DNA of 64,000 nucleotides from an uncultured Alphaproteobacteria bacterium (GTDB lineage Bacteria; Pseudomonadota; Alphaproteobacteria; Rs-D84): NCBI GenBank assembly GCA_947175875.1, contig CAMWON010000002.1, positions 80,357 to 144,356 of the forward strand, read 5' to 3'. Shown piece by piece: positions 61,310 to 64,000 of this stretch (position 1 is its first letter; each line of letters starts with the position of its first letter). The notes under the pieces were generated by a model. It saw only the letters and a program-made list of their open reading frames with translations, ran no database searches and was not told where the DNA came from. The position numbers and the translations under genes were made by a program.

Positions 61310-61341
61310 AACCGCGCGATGGCCGCGGTTTGTTTTTTTTC
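61310..61341 (+). terminator. Rho-independent terminator after the OMP gene
   Basis: aaaccgcg-cgatgg-ccgcggttt followed by gtttttttt. An additional ccgcggggccccgcgg hairpin lies just upstream. Confidence 0.55.
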
Positions 61342-61465
61342 ACTTGCGGCGCGGCGGCAAAAAAATTATAATGCCCGCCGGATTTTTAACGAAAACAAAC
61401 ACAACGCGCGGTGCATGCACATAAGTCCAGTTGCATCGCGCGTGTTTTTTTAAGGGGTAGAAAAA

Positions 61466-61900
61466 ATGAATAAGTTTCCACAAAATTTGAAAGAGGCGCT
61501 AATTGCGTCCGTGCCGAACGCGGCTTTGATGGTTGTCGGTATGGTGACGCTGAACCTGTGGATTTACGGTGCGCTGACCTGGGGGCATTTTGCCGTTGTG
61601 GTGCCGCTGATGTTTGTCGTCGCGTTTACGTATGACTTTTTTATCGTGGGGCCGATGGTTGCGCGCCTTGTCAGAAAATATAATATCGGCCGCGCGATGC
61701 CGTTTATACGCGTTGCGATAATGGCGGGTACGCTGACGTTTGTTGCGCCGATTATCGAATCGGGTACGGTTATTTCCGCGCACCAGTACATAATGGCGGC
61801 GCCGCGCAATTATGTGGCGGCCTTGATACTGCAGCTGTTTTTTGCCTTGCCGCTGGGGCTGTTTGTTTTGGACCGTGCGCGGCGTCTGAATGTGAAATAA
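61466..61900 (+). CDS. Hypothetical 4-TM membrane protein
   Basis: 144 aa, four predicted TM helices. No motif recognised. Confidence 0.5.
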   Translation: MNKFPQNLKEALIASVPNAALMVVGMVTLNLWIYGALTWGHFAVVVPLMFVVAFTYDFFIVGPMVARLVRKYNIGRAMPFIRVAIMAGTLTFVAPIIESGTVISAHQYIMAAPRNYVAALILQLFFALPLGLFVLDRARRLNVK

Positions 61901-61903
61901 AAA

Positions 61904-61927
61904 ATCCCGCAATGCGGGATTTTTTTA
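61904..61927. terminator. Bidirectional terminator between convergent genes
   Basis: aaaaa atcccgc-aat-gcgggat ttttttt. Confidence 0.6.
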
Positions 61928-62281
61928 AGACAGTTGCGCCAATGCTATTTTGCCAAGGAACGCCGCCTCTATATCGCCCAGCAGGGATTTCGTGCCTTCG
62001 TCCAAATCGTCGTTTTCCTGCAGGTCTTCGGTGCGGGATATTATTTGCTCGCACATTTTTACCAAATCGCGGCTTATCATTTTCGGCGCCAGTATGTCGG
62101 CCTTAAACACTTTCTTTTCGTCGCGCGCCATGAAATAACTTTCGGCAAGGCTGTCCGCCCATGTGTCCACGTCCTCTGTTAATCGGTCGAACAACAGGTG
62201 CTGAGAATAGCTGTTCGTGGACCAGTGGTTTATTTTGCATGCGTATTTGAACGCGATTAGATTTTGTATTAGCTCATACAT
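61925..62281 (-). CDS. Hypothetical cytoplasmic protein (118 aa)
   Basis: Acidic helical protein MYELIQNLIAFKYACKINHWSTNSYSQHLLFDRLTEDVD.... No motif recognised. Confidence 0.45.
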   Translation of the reverse strand: MYELIQNLIAFKYACKINHWSTNSYSQHLLFDRLTEDVDTWADSLAESYFMARDEKKVFKADILAPKMISRDLVKMCEQIISRTEDLQENDDLDEGTKSLLGDIEAAFLGKIALAQLS

Positions 62282-62456
62282 TTTTCATTTCCTCCGTATC
62301 TGGATTTTACCAATACGGGCGCATCATAGTTATAGGATAATATGCGGGCGCTATGTGCATGAAATCCGGGATTTTTTGGGAATTCAAACCTGGCGAAAAT
62401 GTAAAAAAAATATTGTACAATGATTTGCGTAACCACAAGGAAAAAGGAGACCTTAT

Positions 62457-62999
62457 ATGCAAAAACTTATCAAAAAAATGTTCATGTTCACATCAGTGCT
62501 GTGTGCGGCGGCCGTGCTTAGCGGGTGCAGCACAATGTGCGGCCAGAAGAAAGCGCGCCGTCATGTGAAGCCGGCTGCGCAGGAGACTGTCGTGGTATAT
62601 CAGAGCTATGAAACGACCGGCGACATCGACCGTGTTGCCGCCAAGATGTACACGCGCAGCAGCGCCGGCGGCGAATCCAAGATGGGCTATATCAAGTTTG
62701 TTGAAACAGACGGCGGCTTGAAAATGAATGTCGATTTGAAAGACCTGCGCCCGGGCGTGTCCTATACCGTAAAGATTTATCAGTGCGGCAGCTGCAACAA
62801 CGACAGCATGTGCTGTGACAAATCCAGCATGCCGATAAGCCTGCCGAAACTGAAGGTTGAACAGCGCGGTCGTTTGGAAGAATCCTTTATCATCCGCGGC
62901 TTGACGGCGGCCCAGCTGAACAACGCCAAGATTTATCTGGAACGTGACGGCGGATACAAGGCGGCATGGGGCACGTTTGAACGCGGCATGATGCTGTAA
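62457..62999 (+). CDS. Lipoprotein with a Cu/Zn superoxide-dismutase-like fold lacking the His metal ligands
   Basis: Lipobox VLSGC. GYIKFVETDGGLKMNVDLKDLRPGVSYTVKIYQCGSC parallels SodC G.V.F.....GG.......L.GL.PG.HGFH.HE.GSC, but the two copper-ligand His are Tyr/Val-Lys. The conserved disulfide Cys is retained. Confidence 0.5.
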   Translation: MQKLIKKMFMFTSVLCAAAVLSGCSTMCGQKKARRHVKPAAQETVVVYQSYETTGDIDRVAAKMYTRSSAGGESKMGYIKFVETDGGLKMNVDLKDLRPGVSYTVKIYQCGSCNNDSMCCDKSSMPISLPKLKVEQRGRLEESFIIRGLTAAQLNNAKIYLERDGGYKAAWGTFERGMML

Positions 63000-63025
63000 T
63001 ATCTGTTCGGTATGTAAATTAAGTT

Positions 63026-63056
63026 CATAGTCTGTACGTCCCGGATTTTTCCGGGA
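63026..63056 (+). terminator. Rho-independent terminator after the SOD-like lipoprotein gene
   Basis: acgtcccgg-attttt-ccgggacgt followed by gttttatat. Confidence 0.5.
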
Positions 63057-63115
63057 CGTGTTTTATATATTTTTTCTTTGTGAATACAATCCTATCTGAT
63101 AATCTTGTAATCTTG

Positions 63116-64000
63116 ATGGGGATGGGAGGAAAAGCAATTGCTTTGTTCGCTGTTATATGCGGTGTGCTGCAGCCGCATTCGGCATCATGGGCCGATTATA
63201 TTGGGACGGACGTATATGGCGGTGAACTGCATTTAAGCCGGGACTCTTTTCTGGCGCCCGGTGTTGCGGTGCGCTCTGACGGCGTGTATGTCGATGCGTC
63301 TATTAAAATGCAAAACATGGCGACCGTGTTCAGTGATATTTACGTGTGCGACAACTGTGATTTTCATATACAAAATTCCGGCGAGGTTTACGGGCGCATA
63401 CATCTGGGCGACGGCGCCGAAATGACACAGATTGTCCGCAGCGCCGCGGATATAACGTTTCTTGACGCAGATGCGCCGTATGTCGTTCTGGCCGACGGTG
63501 TGCGGAATGCGCGGTGGGATGATTTGTTCGCGCTTGGCATGGGTGCTGGAACATTGGTTCTGCGTGACAGCGACGTCGTGTTTTCCGATTCGGTGATGCC
63601 GTATGCGGCGGGCGCCGCGTCACAAATTATTTTGGATGGTGTTGTCACGCTGCGCCTGTCGGAACAGTATGCAATGCAAGAGGGCGTGGCCCTGATGCAC
63701 AATGTGTCGGGTGACGCCAGTGTCGTCGTCGATGCGCCGTCGCCGGGCGAGCTGTATGCGTATGCCGCGAAAATTGAAAACAACGACCTGTATATAACAA
63801 CCGTGCGTGAAACGGATTACTATAAAATTCTGGGTGACGGCCGCGGTGCGTTTTTAAACCTTGTTCGCAAAAGGGCGCCGGATGATGCGTTGTTGCGTCG
63901 CCTGGATGCGGCCACAAGTTTGTCGGAACTGTATTCCATAATGTCGCGCAGTGTTGTTTTTAATCCCGGAATATTGGGGCGCCCCATTCGTATTATGGAC
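63116..64000 (+). CDS. Secreted protein of unknown function (partial; continues beyond window end)
   Basis: Open frame from the ATG at 63116 to the window edge (295 aa). Signal peptide MGMGGKAIALFAVICGVLQPHSASWA. Asp/Val/Gly-rich, beta-rich-looking sequence. It is absent from the ORF track because it runs off the window. Confidence 0.45.
   Translation, partial: MGMGGKAIALFAVICGVLQPHSASWADYIGTDVYGGELHLSRDSFLAPGVAVRSDGVYVDASIKMQNMATVFSDIYVCDNCDFHIQNSGEVYGRIHLGDGAEMTQIVRSAADITFLDADAPYVVLADGVRNARWDDLFALGMGAGTLVLRDSDVVFSDSVMPYAAGAASQIILDGVVTLRLSEQYAMQEGVALMHNVSGDASVVVDAPSPGELYAYAAKIENNDLYITTVRETDYYKILGDGRGAFLNLVRKRAPDDALLRRLDAATSLSELYSIMSRSVVFNPGILGRPIRIMD

Noticed and set aside
1-64000. CRISPR arrays, IS elements/transposases, integrases, prophage genes, rRNA
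   Set aside because: No direct-repeat/spacer periodicity, no DDE or tyrosine-integrase-like ORFs other than xerD, and no rRNA-like conserved stretches were seen. The tRNA-Lys repeat has no adjacent integrase.

Overview
This is a high-GC, gene-dense bacterial window of roughly 75 protein genes. Housekeeping content points to a streamlined alphaproteobacterium: a Ros/MucR-family regulator, an RHH_4-like ribbon-helix-helix protein, a cysteine-less DksA, plus serS (partial), trxB, xerD, lptF/G, greA, mutL, yajC-secD-secF, ftsK, dnaQ, uvrD-like, rpmE, fabD, rarA, a ybeY-lnt fusion, trmB, gltX, thrS, tatA and separately tatB-tatC, dksA, trxA, sufS-sufT-sufE, ftsL-like + ftsI, recJ, nrnA, lolA, an NlpD-like lipoprotein and one tRNA-Lys(CTT).

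Four things stand out against this ordinary backbone:
1. A tandem array of five divergent polytopic membrane paralogs (22.6-29.2 kb). Their architecture and tandem amplification fit VirB6/TrbL-like type IV secretion channel components, but no other T4SS gene is in the window.
2. A family of secreted cysteine-rich proteins: three small paralogs sharing a conserved C-terminal Cys module, plus a 775-aa Cys-rich secreted protein. Each small paralog is preceded by a terminator-like attenuator hairpin directly upstream of its RBS.
3. A four-gene operon of unknown proteins ending in an RHH protein (37.85-39.9 kb).
4. A 54-bp direct repeat that duplicates the 3' end of tRNA-Lys plus its terminator.

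Other notable points are an in-frame ybeY-lnt fusion, a membrane-anchored T4-lysozyme/TPR protein, an apparently inactive S41 peptidase homolog, a SOD-fold lipoprotein without metal ligands, and GC-rich structured intergenic RNA candidates upstream of fabD. No CRISPR array, IS element, integrase or rRNA was found.

All calls rest on reading the translated ORFs and the sequence by eye. No database search was run.
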